NCBI GenBank assembly: GCA_051294375.1
Contig: CM119263.1
Coordinates: forward strand, 30,257,376 to 30,321,375
Direction: 5' to 3'
DNA length: 64,000 nucleotides
From: Paraspadella gotoi
Taxonomy: Eukaryota > Animalia > Chaetognatha
Shown here: piece after piece, positions 1 to 16,881 of the stretch
How the letters are laid out: every line of letters starts with the position of its first letter
How positions within the stretch are numbered: the first letter of the stretch is position 1
The notes under the pieces: model-generated
Database searches by the model: none
The model's input: the letters and a program-made list of their open reading frames with translations, nothing else
What the model was told of the DNA's origin: nothing
Made by a program: the position numbers and the translations under genes

Positions 1-158
1 GTGAGTCATCCTAGTGAATCTTCTCTTTACTTTTCTCTCGTCTTTTGTTTTGAAAATTTTTAATTTTTTTGTTTTTTGTTTTGAGTTTTAATGTCTCGAT
101 CCTGTTTTTCGGGCGAAGCGACCACCCCGCCCTATTTGGCTCATGAAGAATAGTAGTA

Positions 159-193
<35 letters not shown>

Positions 194-2183
194 NNNNNNN
201 NNNNNNNNNNNNNNNNNNNNNNNNNNNNNNNNNNNNNNNNNNNNNNNNNNNNNNNNNNNNNNNNNNNNNNNNNNNNNNNNNNNNNNNNNNNNNNNNNNNN
301 NNNNNNNNNNNNNNNNNNNNNNNNNNNNNNNNNNNNNNNNNNNNNNNNNNNNNNNNNNNNNNNNNNNNNNNNNNNNNNNNNNNNNNNNNNNNNNNNNNNN
401 NNNNNNNNNNNNNNNNNNNNNNNNNNNNNNNNNNNNNNNNNNNNNNNNNNNNNNNNNNNNNNNNNNNNNNNNNNNNNNNNNNNTTTTTTTATAAACCGGA
501 ATCAACCGGTGAGTGAATCTCCATCAAAATAGAATCACGAGGCCTCACAACATGAATTATGTGATCACGCGATATCACTACTTTATTATCATAATCCTAT
601 TATAACTCTACACCATGTCATCAAACTCCATCAGACTTTATCATACTCTTTGTTATCATTTGGTACGATGTCATTCCGTTACAGTGACAAGCGCAGTTTG
701 AATGAATGCAACATAATGATAATCTTTACACTAGTAAATTAATAATGACATTTTCTTGTTTTTTGGGTATTTTCAATATCTACGTTTTACTGCATATATG
801 ATAGATATTGTTTAGCAATATAGATATTTTTTAAAATGAGTTTGAATCCTTTCGTCTCACGTAAATTATAGAAGTCACGAGTTATCACAAATCACTTTTG
901 TCTCTCTTCACGTTTCGGTCAAATGTACTTGAACTTTGATCACGTGATCATCTCCCCCCCCCCNNNNNNNNNNNNNNNNNNNNNNNNNNNNNNNNNNNNN
1001 NNNNNNNNNNNNNNNNNNNNNNNNNNNNNNNNNNNNNNNNNNNNNNNNNNNNNNNNNNNNNNNNNNNNNNNNNNNNNNNNNNNNNNNNNNNNNNNNNNNN
1101 NNNNNNNNNNNNNNNNNNNNNNNNNNNNNNNNNNNNNNNNNNNNNNNNNNNNNNNNNNNNNNNNNNNNNNNNNNNNNNNNNNNNNNNNNNNNNNNNNNCT
1201 CTCTCTCTCTCTCTCTCGTGGCGTCGTTTTTCTTACTAATGATGATTCGGTTTTGTCTGTCTTCTCTTTAAGAGTTGAAGATCACTACAGTTTAGAAGTT
1301 TCACCCGTAAAAAAAAACTTCAAAGGCTTAATCACTCCGGTTTTAAATTGTGTCTTTTAAAAACAAAACAAAATTTAAAAAAAAAGTTTCGTCGAGAGAG
1401 AAAAGAGCATCGTACGGGATATGATCCAGGATGTTTCCGATCAGGATTTCCGTTTCAAAACAATCGGAGGACGCGCCTCCAAAATTTGAAAACTTTTTCC
1501 TTTCGAATTTNNNNNNNNNNNNNNNNNNNNNNNNNNNNNNNNNNNNNNNNNNNNNNNNNNNNNNNNNNNNNNNNNNNNNNNNNNNNNNNNNNNNNNNNNN
1601 NNNNNNNNNNNNNNNNNNNNNNNNNNNNNNNNNNNNNNNNNNNNNNNNNNNNNNNNNNNNNNNNNNNNNNNNNNNNNNNNNNNNNNNNNNNNNNNNNNNN
1701 NNNNNNNNNNNNNNNNNNNNNNNNNNNNNNNNNNNNNNNNNNNNNNNNNNNNNNNNNNNNNNNNNNNNNNNNNNNNNNNNNNNNNNNNNNNNNNNNNNNN
1801 NNNNNNNNNNNNNNNNNNNNNNNNNNNNNNNNNNNNNNNNNNNNNNNNNNNNNNNNNNNNNNNNNNNNNNNNNNNNNNNNNNNNNNNNNNNNNNNNNNNN
1901 NNNNNNNNNNNNNNNNNNNNNNNNNNNNNNNNNNNNNNNNNNNNNNNNNNNNNNNNNNNNNNNNNNNNNNNNNNNNNNNNNNNNNNNNNNNNNATAAAAA
2001 GACACAGAATTAATGGGCTGGACAGTGGACATTGTCCAGTGGACAATCAGGGAGGCACACATTCAGACAGACAGAGAGTCAGACAAGCGTGCCGGGTGAC
2101 ACAAACGAGACCTTTTCGCGGTGGAACCGGTTCCATGAGTTCGATCGCAAATCAAGTTTTGTCGTCGTCGTCGNNNNNNNNNN
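194..2183. other. Region with assembly gaps (N runs 194-483, 964-1198, 1511-1993, 2174-2183)
   Basis: Runs of N, several flanked by (CT)n, poly-C or (GTC)n repeats. Confidence 0.99.
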
Positions 2184-2336
2184 CGTCGTCGTCGTTTTAA
2201 TTCGACCTTTTGATTGACCTTGAATGCGACCTTCAAAAATCTGTTAAAAATCGAAAATAAAAAATATTTCTTGGATTTAAATTGATTTTTTTATATTAAT
2301 TGAAATATTTAAACGTGGAAGGTTTTAATGAATAAA

Positions 2337-3372
<1,036 letters not shown>

Positions 3373-3815
3373 GGAGAGATGTTTGTTCAATGTTTGGTCG
3401 CGAATTTTAAATATTGTAGTATATAAAAAGTGTATGGATTGGCTAATCTTTCTAGTTTTTTCTATTTGTCTTGTTGAGTAAATTAAAAGGTTTACAAAAA
3501 TCGTCAAATATATCCGTTTGTATTTAAAAAAGCAATTAAAAAATAAGATCTTAATCAATTTGATCATTTGATCATTAGCGGTAATGAATTAATTATTATA
3601 TTTAATATTATTTATGCCTCACCTCTTACTAATCTCTATATATGTCATCGACCCTTCCGTAAGTTTGTATGAGAACACACAGTCCTTTTTACTTTACAAT
3701 TAAACTGAGTAGATTTTTCTTTAAAATTTACCGTTAACAAAGAAATTTCACTCTTTGATTAGGGAATTACTAAAGTTTCCGACAATATGCACAATTTTAC
3801 GCATATGAAAAAAGG

Positions 3816-3901
<86 letters not shown>

Positions 3902-5822
3902 CAGACGCAGATTTACGAAAAAACCAGAACCAACTGATGTCGTCATTCGCGGTTTTTACTGTATAAGCCTTTCGACATCCAATAATCGTTAAATTTCAGG
4001 TTCATTTGAACCGAATTCATTTTTTTATACAATAATTTAAAAAAAGTTTGAATCTAAATTATGAACGGATCATGAACGACTACAGTTTTGATTTAATCAC
4101 TTGATAACTCGAGTAAATAATGAACAAAATCAGTAAAAATCTGAAAAAAATCAGCACCTGTGCTTTCATAACAGTCTATATATTGTATTAAGAGAGAATT
4201 CATTTTAAGTATTTAATCGTTTTGGAATTTCAAATATAAGTTTTAAAAAAACGAGATCACAATTGAAAACATGTTTAAAAAATCGAGAGATCGAAAGTCA
4301 AACGAACACTTTCAAGTTGTGACGCAGAATAAAACCCTGGAGGTGAAAGGAAATCTGTCCCGTGAATGATATCCACACGACGGACATTTAATCCCCTCAT
4401 TTGTTGACTTCCAGTTTCAAATTATCTGACTTCACTTTAAAGATTAACGTAATACTATCATTTTTCTTTGTCATGTTTTTTTCATTCCTAATCTTTTTTT
4501 TTTAAATCGTTTCACTTTTAGTGGGTTTTCTTTACTTTCTTTTAATTTTTTCTTTGCTATTTTTGTGTTTTTATTTTTTCCTTTTTTTTTTTCTTTCCAA
4601 CTTTTTGATCACTCTTTCATCGCCTCCTCCTGCCATCTTCAGGAAACAGCTCGACTTTCGACGGCAGAAATCGAGGAAATGACGAACAAAAGGCCAACCG
4701 CTGAGACGATCTGAGGGAGGAGAGATTTAAACTTTGACGAGAGAAAAAAACAACTTCTGAATTTTTAAGTAGTCGATTTAAAGAAAGAGAAATAGACGAG
4801 TCAAAGAGATTTTAGAGAAACGGAAATAAGAGAAACTGATTTTGATAATAGATTGTAGATAATGATTACTAGATATTGAGTTCTTTATTATTTTATTTTT
4901 ATATATATTATCTAATATGTAGCTTGAGTATATAAAGCCTGTCGAAAGTCAGAGGAAAGATAGCTCATTTATTAAATGAATAGATATTTTTTATATTGGT
5001 TATACCAATTTCATAATATACGTTAAACGTTCAAAACATTATTTTCAAAGGAATTTTTCCTTTTTTAACTAAGCTAAATCTCAGCTTTATATGTTCTCTT
5101 CATATTTACATTGTTGTGACATTATACTTAGTCTTGCTCGCTGTTTTTGTTTGAACTGAATTTTAAAAAAAAGGCAATAGTCGTGGAAGATTAATTCTCA
5201 TTTTAACTTCTACTGGGACGGACGAGACGACGCTCATGAAAAAGTAACGAATTTCATTTCATTAATATTTTGATTTAACTAACTTATTTTTTATTAGAAA
5301 TAGCTTACTATTAGCTATATTTAAAACGACTTTTGTTTTTCTCAAGAAAGTGAAATCATTGGATTTTAACGACATCTTTCAAGAGTTAAATTCAACGAAA
5401 GACAAAAAGACAACATTTATAACAAATGATAATTACACAGAAAAATATCTGCAAACGATATATATATATACGCTCGCAATGAGACATTAAATTAAAATTC
5501 AAACGAGTTAATAAAATCTGCCAAATCAGCGATTAGGCTATGTAATAAGTATGACACTGAAAAGCTGAAACCTTGCGCGGGATTTTGTTTTTTGAGAGAG
5601 GTAAAGTTTCAACAGATAAAAAGAAAATGTGATTCAAGGGAAATAAAATTTAATCAAAACCCACTGAACTAAAATATGTAATAATAATCCTAATTGAATA
5701 TTTATATCTGCTTAGTTTACGTTTTGCGAGAGGGGGTAAACTTAAAATTATTTGAAAGACAGGTTTTTGCTTTGTTTTGAGCGATGATGAATAATAAAAA
5801 AAAACTTGTTTTAAACTTTAAA

Positions 5823-7700
5823 TTAAAGCACTGGAGCCTCGTTCTGGATTCCGTTGGGTTTCGAAGTAAATAAAACTGGACGAGGATCTAATTTAGCCTC
5901 TGTGTCTGAAGCGGTTTGGTCAGTTTGGCTCAACATTGGGTCAGTGTGGCTCAACATTGAGTCAGTTTGGCTCAACATTGGGTCAGTTTGAGTCAGATTA
6001 GGTTCAAAGAACTTCGAGTCTTCGTCGATTTGAGTCGATTTCTCTAATCCGCGACGATCGCCTTCGAATCCGCGACGATCTTCGACGCGCGGGACGAACG
6101 AGGAAGACGACAACGACGACAATTCGTCGCTGATCGAATATTGGGGCGGCGGCGAAGTCATCATCATCATCATCGTCTTCGTCGTTGCTGGAGTCAACGA
6201 GATTTCCCGGCGACGACGACCATCGCGATCCAGCACCATCAGCTGTTGATGGTAAGGATGTTGATGTTGAAGATGATGTTGTAGATGATGATGTTGACGA
6301 TGGAATTGTTGTTTCCGTTCGTGATAGAGAAACGGGAGACTGAGACTCGGAGTGGAACCGGATTCGGTTCCATCGTACTCCTCCTCCTCTTCCTCCTCCT
6401 TCCTCTGTTGACGCAAGAGACGGACGGCGACGCCGACGATGACGACGAGGACGACGACGCCGACGACGGGGACGACGACGTAGACGACGTGAAGAGGAAG
6501 GTGGGTTCGACGAGGCGGTTGAGGTGGAAGAGGGTGGTCGAGTGGAGAGAGGGGGGAAACGTCTTCGATGGGAGGGAGAGGAGGAAGGGTGGAGGGAGAG
6601 ATGAGGGGAGGAGAAGTCGCGTTTTCTGTTTTGAGGGGGAGAATGAGTTAATCAATGATAATCGATATCAATCAATATCAAAATTATCCATTCATTTAAT
6701 AAATAAGCTATCTTGCCCCTGACTTTGGACAGGCTTTGGTGATTTGAGGCCTCCATTACACTTACAAGGGAATGACATAGCGGGTCCCTGCAAGCTTTCG
6801 ATCAAGACTCGTTTATTCACTCTCAGAGTAACTGGCTTCCCTTTCAATGAAGTGGTGTAATATTTCAAAGAAGGTTTCAATTGTATGAAAAGACCTAACA
6901 TCTTTGATTTACATTTTATTTTTTTGATTGGTTGACACGAAATTCTGACATAAAAAATATTATTTATTTTTTGAAAAGATTTTATGACATGATCATTTAT
7001 TTTTATTTTTATTTATTTTTGTGATATGGCTGTCTACTAGACAGTGACGGTGTCTCGTGTCTAGTGTCTACTGTCGAGTGTCACCTCTCTTATCGCTCAT
7101 CCACTTTGGCAAAGTCGAACTGAATTCCTCCGAATTGCAGAATGAGGAGGAGCAGCAATGGATCAGAGGCCAAAGGTGCCAAGGGGCGTCGGAAGCATCA
7201 GCGGCCGCGTCGGAACCCCATCGAGATTTCCGCCTCTTTTTCTTCTCCTATGATAAGAAAAATCAGAAATTTGTTCTTTTACTGGCCATTATGCCCAGTT
7301 AATTTCATTAATTTTCCATGATTTTGATTTTAAAAAAATATTGTAAATAGCACTGATCAAGAATATTTTTAAATATTGAAAATAGCGCAGATAAAGAACA
7401 GAAAAAGAGTTTAAATTTTAAATCGAAACTGACAAAAGAAAAAAAGAACAATTTTGACCCACCCCCTCCTCACCTTCATCTTCCTCCTCCCCCCTCTTCC
7501 TCTGCCTCCAACCCTCAATCCAGCGGGGGGTTGGTTCTCGCAGAGAAGAGAGTTGGCCACACCGTCGATGCAGCCCCTCGTCCACGGAGAGGCTCCGTCC
7601 CCGCGGTCCAGATACTGGACGTAGCACATGGAGGAAGCGGAGCAGACGCTGGAGCCGTCGAGGGAGCATTCGTCGGTTGAGCAGGAGCACTGGAGCTGGC
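5823..7700 (-). CDS. BAMBI: BAMBI-like BMP/activin pseudoreceptor; last three coding exons (7700-7513, 7247-7085, ~6625-5823); signal-peptide exon not located
   Basis: The spliced translation GQLQCSCSTDECSLDGSSVCSASSMCYVQYLD...SPWTRGCID...LIHCCSSSFCN matches the BAMBI ectodomain cysteine pattern (GEIRCYC...CFSRLLD...SPLTHGCLD...CC....CN). TM segment VVVPVVGVVVLVVIVGVAVRLLR resembles the BAMBI TM. There is no kinase domain, and GT-AG sites are in phase. Confidence 0.7.
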
Positions 7701-8494
7701 CTGAGTAGTGGGAGACATGGGGAATAGGGTGTGAAAATTGCTAGTCTATCGAGTTTTATGACCAAAAAAAGGAAATTAGTAAATCAATAAGTCAATCAAA
7801 ATTTAATTATAAATACATAAAATAATAAACTATAAACTAATACTAAATTTAACTTTTGAGATAACGCTCAAAAAATAAACAAAAAGCCATTGCATGAATT
7901 TTTAAAACTAACTTTCTCTTAAAAATAATGAAAAACAATAAACAAAACTAAATCTAAAGTTTCTTTTCTTCGCTTCTGATTCGTCATCGAAGAACCAAAT
8001 GACGTGAGACGTAAACATCTCAAAAATCGTGATTCCCGAGTGAATCGTTCACTTCACATCGAACGAGGTCATCTCGATTCACCTCTCATGTTTATCATTA
8101 ATATTTAGTTGTGAATGTTTTTGAAGTAAGAGAGTGTGTAGACTTTTAAATCTTTATAATAGGAAAGAAAGTAGAAAATAGACAGTGAAAAAAGCAAATC
8201 TAAAAATAACGAACTCAAGTTACAAAAAAAATGTGTTGATTTTTTTTTAAAGCTAAGTAAACTGACCTCAGAAAATAATGATACTGTCACAGAAAAGAAC
8301 CGGAAATACTCAAACTTTCACGCCAAACTTTTTTTTAATCTCAGACGAGAGAGTTTTTTATTCTCACAATTTCTCGTCTGCATCGAAAACCTTTTCAACT
8401 CTTTTTCCCTTCATAAGATCTGTTTTTTGGACAAGGAGGAAAACTGCTTTGAATGAAACTGTGCCAACTAAAGATCATGAGATTGGGGCCAGGA

Positions 8495-8560
8495 AAAAAG
8501 AAAGAGAGAAAGAAAGAAAGAAAGAAAGATAGACAGAAAGAAAAAGAGAAAGATAGAAAG

Positions 8561-8630
<70 letters not shown>

Positions 8631-8830
8631 TAAGAAAGAAAGAAAGAAAGAAATGAAGAGAGAAAGATAGAAAGTAAGAGAGAAAGAAGGGAAAAAGAAA
8701 TAAAGAAAAAGGAAATAAAATGAAAGAAAGAAAGATAGAAAGAAATAGAGAAAGAAGATTAAGAAAAGAAAAAGAAAGAAAGAAAGATAGAAAGAAAAAA
8801 GAAAGAAAGAAAGAAAGAAAGAGGAAAAAA

Positions 8831-8910
<80 letters not shown>

Positions 8911-8950
8911 AAAAGAAAGAAAGAAAGAAAGAAAGAAAGAAAAAGAAATA
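8495..8950. repeat. (GAAA)n-rich microsatellite
   Basis: Direct reading; source of spurious KER-repeat ORFs. Confidence 0.95.
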
Positions 8951-9074
8951 AAGAGAAGGATAGTCAGAAAAGAGGAAGAAACCTAAAGGCCAGAAATGGC
9001 AAAAAGTCTTGTTAAGGGAGCAAGATTCCTGGTGGTTGCCAAGGAAGATATTTGCTTTTTCTAATGAGCGAGAA

Positions 9075-9142
<68 letters not shown>

Positions 9143-9756
9143 TTTAAGACGAAATTACTTAACCGAACAGAAGGGAAGCCGCTGAATAGATTCAAACCAA
9201 AAATATCTTTAAGGAAAAAGTTTAAGTGTTTGATTCTCAGTCAAGTCATGAGCGATTAGATGCTTGGCAAACAAGCTTAGGGTAATTGTATTGTATCAAT
9301 ACCAAATGTAATCATATTTACTCATTTTAGGAGATGTCAGGGAAGGGACAGTAGCGATAGAATTTTTTTAAAAGATGCGATTCAATCTTTTTTGAAAGTA
9401 AAAATGTACATAATAACGAAATATAACCTCGCCAATTCAGACAGGAGTGGCTACTTTCCATGTCCCTTCAAACCGCAGTGGAGATGATATCGTTTTGACT
9501 TTGGCGCCATCAGATTTGTTTATCAGAAAAAAAGGAGTCAAAACTCGAATCGTGAAAAAAGTGATTAGGAAAAAGAAAGTTCGCTCGTGACTCAGTGAAT
9601 CGTGAAAGGAAATGGAATCGCAAAAGTTTTCTCTGTTCACAGACTGAAGGTGAATTTATCTTATCAAATAGAAAATAAGCGTTTGTAATCAGGCGATAGA
9701 ATATATTGGAAAAGCCTGGGCACCTAATGCCTGATGTTTTTGGGCAGGTTTAAAAA

Positions 9757-10011
9757 GAAGCTGGTTCACAATATTCTTAACAAAAACGTTAAAAATTAAA
9801 GTATTAATAACATCAAGTAATTAAATTAATTAATGAATTAATTAAATAACTTAATAAAATGAAGCTGGTTCACTATATTCTTAACAAAAACGTTAAAAAT
9901 TAAAGTATTCATAACATGAATTAATTAAACGAATTAATTAAATGACTTAATAAAATGAAGCTGGTTCACTATATTCTTAACAAAAACGTTAAAAATTAAA
10001 GTATTAATAAC
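9757..10011. repeat. Three tandem ~100-bp AT-rich units
   Basis: GAAGCTGGTTCAC(A/T)ATATTCTTAACAAAAACGTTAAAAATTAAAGTATT occurs at ~9757, 9861 and 9957. Confidence 0.9.
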
Positions 10012-10824
10012 AGAGAGAAACTTTCGTAAACTCTCAAAAATAAAAATAAAAACATTTATCGTTTATCGATTATCGATTTATCGATTGATTATTGATCAAT
10101 ATTTATTATTCATTGCCTTTTTTGTTTAGTTATCATAAGTCGTTCATAAGAAATTGCTTAATACCGTTTTACTATTGAAAAAGCATGTAAAAATCCTGAA
10201 AAAGGGTCTTGAAAATCTTTTGAAATCCCTAAAAACCCATTCCACCTTCTAAAAGTCTCAATAAAACTTTCTCCCATAAAAACTCTCGCAAAAAAAACTC
10301 TCCCAATTATTTTTCGACTCGTTCGCTCCCATCTTTACGACTTTCCTCCCTTTTCGTCAACGACTACGACGACGACGACGACGTCCGCTCATAAACTACG
10401 GCGCCATCGATCGGGCAAATCAAGCACGAAATGAAGAGAACGGCGCCCGCCTGTTATGGAGAAGTGGGGACGAACTTAGGAAAAACATAATAAATTTAGA
10501 AGAAAAAAAAACAATTTATAAATGAGGAGGAGATGGCGTCTAAACAATTTGATGAAATTTCCTCCGGAAAATTAGAGGAAACTTCAAGTATTATATATCG
10601 GGTTTGTTTGGTCTACACTTTTTTTTATTATTATTTTATTATTAATATTTGAATATCCGTTTGACTAATTTCTGTCAAGAAATCGGTTCCGGTTAATAAA
10701 AGGGAGACAGACTCCTCTCTTTAATTCGCCTTTTTAAGTCGGCGATTTAAAAAATAAATAGTATTTTAGGGCATAATACCGATTCATCCATCAACTCAAT
10801 TAAATTCTCATCAAGTGGAACGAG

Positions 10825-13155
<2,331 letters not shown>

Positions 13156-13882
13156 AGCATCAGTCTACGATCTTAGATCGCAAACAAAGATAAGAAACCA
13201 GTTTCGTCGCCGGCGAAAAAAAAAAAAGAAAAAGTCTTCGGGATGAAAATGAAATGGAGAATAATAATACTACTATAATATAAAACAATAGGAAAAAGTT
13301 TAATCGTGAATGAGGATAAGTCGGGGTCTTAATTAGGCAAAATGAATTTGGAATAAGAAAAGGAACCATAAGAATTAAGCCAAATCGTTTATCCACGGAG
13401 AAGTTGAAATCTGATTCAAGTCATCATCACCATTGAAACATTCTTTGAAACAATATACCACTTCATTGATCGAGAAGCTAGGTACCCTGGGAGTGAATAA
13501 ACGAGACTGTGAAAGAGTCTTGATTTAAAGCTTGCAGGGACAATGGGACATCCTATGTCAGTATCTTGTGAAAGTGATGGAAGCCTTAAACCACCATAGC
13601 CTGTCAAAAGTCGGGGGCCAAACAGACTATTTATGAAATGAACGGTTAATTTTTAAATTGGTTGTACCAATTTTATTGAGTTAGTAATTTTTTTTATGAT
13701 GTCGAAATTCACTGTTAAGATAATAAATATACTTTCCATTTCACATTAAAATTTGTAAGAAAATGTTTGCAGGCCCAGGCTGATCAACTCTGTGTTTAGG
13801 ACAAAATTACAAAGGTGGCGGATTGACACATGACAAATGACCACAATTCCATCTGCTGAGGTAACCATACAACCTGCCTGCC

Positions 13883-14118
13883 GAGAAGACCACACATCTA
13901 TAATGCGGAGAAGACCACACTTCCATCCTGCGTAGAAGACCACACTTCTATCTTGTGGAGAAGACCACACTTCTATCCTGCGGAGAAGACCACACTTCTA
14001 TCCTGCGGAGAAGACCACACTTCCCTCCTGTGGAGAAGATCACGCTTCTATCCTGCGGAGAAGATCACACTTCTATCCTGCGGAGAAGACCACACTTCCA
14101 ACCTGCGTAGAAGACCAC
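13883..14118. repeat. 25-bp minisatellite, about 9 copies
   Basis: Unit GAGAAGACCACACTTCTATCCTGCG, head-to-tail with no unique spacers. Confidence 0.92.
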
Positions 14119-14279
14119 CCCGCTGCCTCGACCTCCCAATCGGAATCAAGAACCGCGCCTCTTTTACGGCAACAACAACAACAACAACAACAGTAGAGGC
14201 GGCGCTATCGCTTTAGGCGTCGATGACAAATAACGACGACAACGACGACGACGAGGTCACCTGCTGAGTTCCTTCAATC

Positions 14280-14317
<38 letters not shown>

Positions 14318-16121
14318 ATCCTCTTCTCTCTCTCAGTTGGTCATATCGAGTGGGAGGTTCATCCCTGAGGACGACGACGACGACGACGACGACGACGACA
14401 ACAACTAACATGACCACAATGACAATGAGCCAAAAAATGGTCACGGCAGCAAAAAGGGAACATCACGTCATCCTTTTTACCTCGACTCGTCAATTCTCCT
14501 TGTGAACCGACAACGACGACGACGACGACGACGACAAATAAGATAACTCGATGACCGACATCGTTGTCTTCGCCAATTCACAATCTTCTACTTGAAAAAT
14601 AGGCACTTCACATTGAGCCCTACCCGCTTCACTTCACAATCTCACTTGGCCACTTCACATTCTGCTCGGGCCACTTTACTTACACAGTCTGACATGTCCA
14701 CTTCACTCGTTCATCGTTCATTCGCCGCGCGGGAGGTCAACCCGGGGTCAATCATATTTCGACGTCAGAAAGAAGAGCGGGAAAAAATGTAGAGCGACAT
14801 AGATGAGCGACATTTTCTTTCAACAGCTCGTAGTACTATATTACCAATTAGTAGTAATTTATATATTTTATCATTTTCTTACGTTTTAAAAGAATCAACA
14901 TGGTCCCTCCCTGAGATTATTCTTAACTGGGCGTGTTCTTTTAAGAAAGTTACGGATCGAAGATCATCGCCCGGAAATGTAAAATCTCTTTTCACATTAA
15001 TGATACATAATACAGATACATATGAAATTGTAGCAGAAATAAAGAATTGTCCATTTATATATAAATGCAAGCTTACCTCCTGACTTTGAACAAGCCTCCA
15101 TCCCTCTTACAAGATAATTTAACATCGTAGAACCTTGCAAACTTCCGGTCGAAAACCGCGTACAGTCCGCTTCATTTCTTAAAACTTTTTAAAAGAATCA
15201 ATTCTGTCTCTCACAGTCTTTTTCTAAACAGAAAGTGAGCAATGGGTCATGGATCAATGGATATCATCAATCGATATCTCTTTTCACACTACTACAATTG
15301 GCTATTTTTTTACAAAAACCCCCATGTCTTTTGTCTCTCTGTCTCTCCGCAACTTAAAAGAAAAACAACAAAAATCCCGTCGGTGGTTTGATGCCTCGAA
15401 ATCGCGATCCCCGTCAGTCGAAAGTTCGGACTCATAAAAACCCATGAAAAACTCATAAAACCCAGAATCGAATCGGAAAAATAAATTTTAAAAAATATAT
15501 TTTTTTTTAGTTCGTGAATTACGAGTTCGATTATTGACGTTGAAAACCGAAATCGGAATTCGAGGTTCGAACAGAAAATTAGAAATGATTTTTTTTGGCT
15601 TTTGCATTTTTTGTGATACATAAAAACCGATTATTTTCGTGATACGTCAAAACTTTATTTTGCCTTTCTTCGGTTTGAAGATGGTTTATCGTATGAGATA
15701 TAAAAAGTAGTATTGTACAGAGGAGACCGGATTTAACGACTGGGGCCGGTTTGACGATTTCCCCGGAATTAAAAACGATTAAAAAAACTAAAGTCACGTG
15801 ATTTTTTTCTCCGATTAACGACAAAAGATATAAACTTATTTTAAGCGTTAGTGCCGGTGTTTACTGTACATTAGTCAAATTCTTACGTGTATAAAAATAC
15901 GAGAAAATCGTTAAAAAAAAGGAAACTAACGATTTTGAAACATGAAGTGACATGAAATGACATGAAACGACATTATTGAAGTGAGAGTTAGGTTGAGCGA
16001 TGTACCATAATAATTATAATAATAATAATAATAATGTACCAAATAATTATGAAATAAAAATTAAAAAAATATTTTAATTCTATAGAAAAATTATGAGAAA
16101 TAAAAGTTATCTGGTAAAGAA

Positions 16122-16881
16122 ATAAGTTTGAGCAAACAATGTCGGATCTGCCCACGATCATTATCGGTAATTAATTAATTAATTAATTTGATCCCAAATT
16201 TGTTTTTAGGTATTTTCGTCACTAACCACGACAAAAGCAATGACGACGATGAGAATAATACCGATAACGATTGACTTAATTGATTGACTGATTATTTAAT
16301 TATTGATTAATTAATTGACTAATTGATTAAATAACTGATTAATTATTTGATTAATTAATACATCTTGCATATACATTTAATATAAAAAGAAAAAGAAGCA
16401 TAATCAATTAGTGAAACAGTTTTTTTGTTTTTACAATTTAAACTCATTTCCACTCAGACGATTCCATCGAAACTTGATTTCCAGCTTAATCACACACTTT
16501 CCTACCCACAAACAAAATTTTAGGTTAATCGCCCCATCCACTCATGAGCAATTGGTGTTCAAATAGTGAAATATATTTTTTTGTTTTTTCCATTTAAACT
16601 CATTTCCACTTGGACGATTTCATCGAAACTTCATATCCAGCTCAATCACACACTTCCCTACCCAAAATTTCATTCCAATCCATCAATTCAATCACGAGTA
16701 ATTGGAGTTTTTTGCTAAGGTGGGACGGACGGACAGACGGACGGATGGATGGACATTTTTTTTGCATAATTTATCATAATTAGATATTCTGACATGATAT
16801 AAGTGAATGCCCGACAAGATTGAGGGGGCGGACCGACAAAGTGAATTATAGAGTCGGGATGCAAAGCAGATCCGACTAAAA
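16122..16881 (+). mobile_element. Non-autonomous Helentron/DINE-1-like (HINE) element
   Basis: Subterminal inverted repeat GTCGGATCTGC (16141) / GCAGATCCGAC (16866), terminal hairpin AGTCGG...CCGACT before an A run, internal (GACG/GACA/GATG)n microsatellite at ~16724-16754, and an internal ~160-bp duplication. Confidence 0.55.

Noticed and set aside
11-2217. Long ORFs in the ORF track
   Set aside because: Artefacts of N gaps
13883-14118. CRISPR-like regular repeat
   Set aside because: Head-to-tail 25-bp units without unique spacers, in a eukaryotic context with no cas genes
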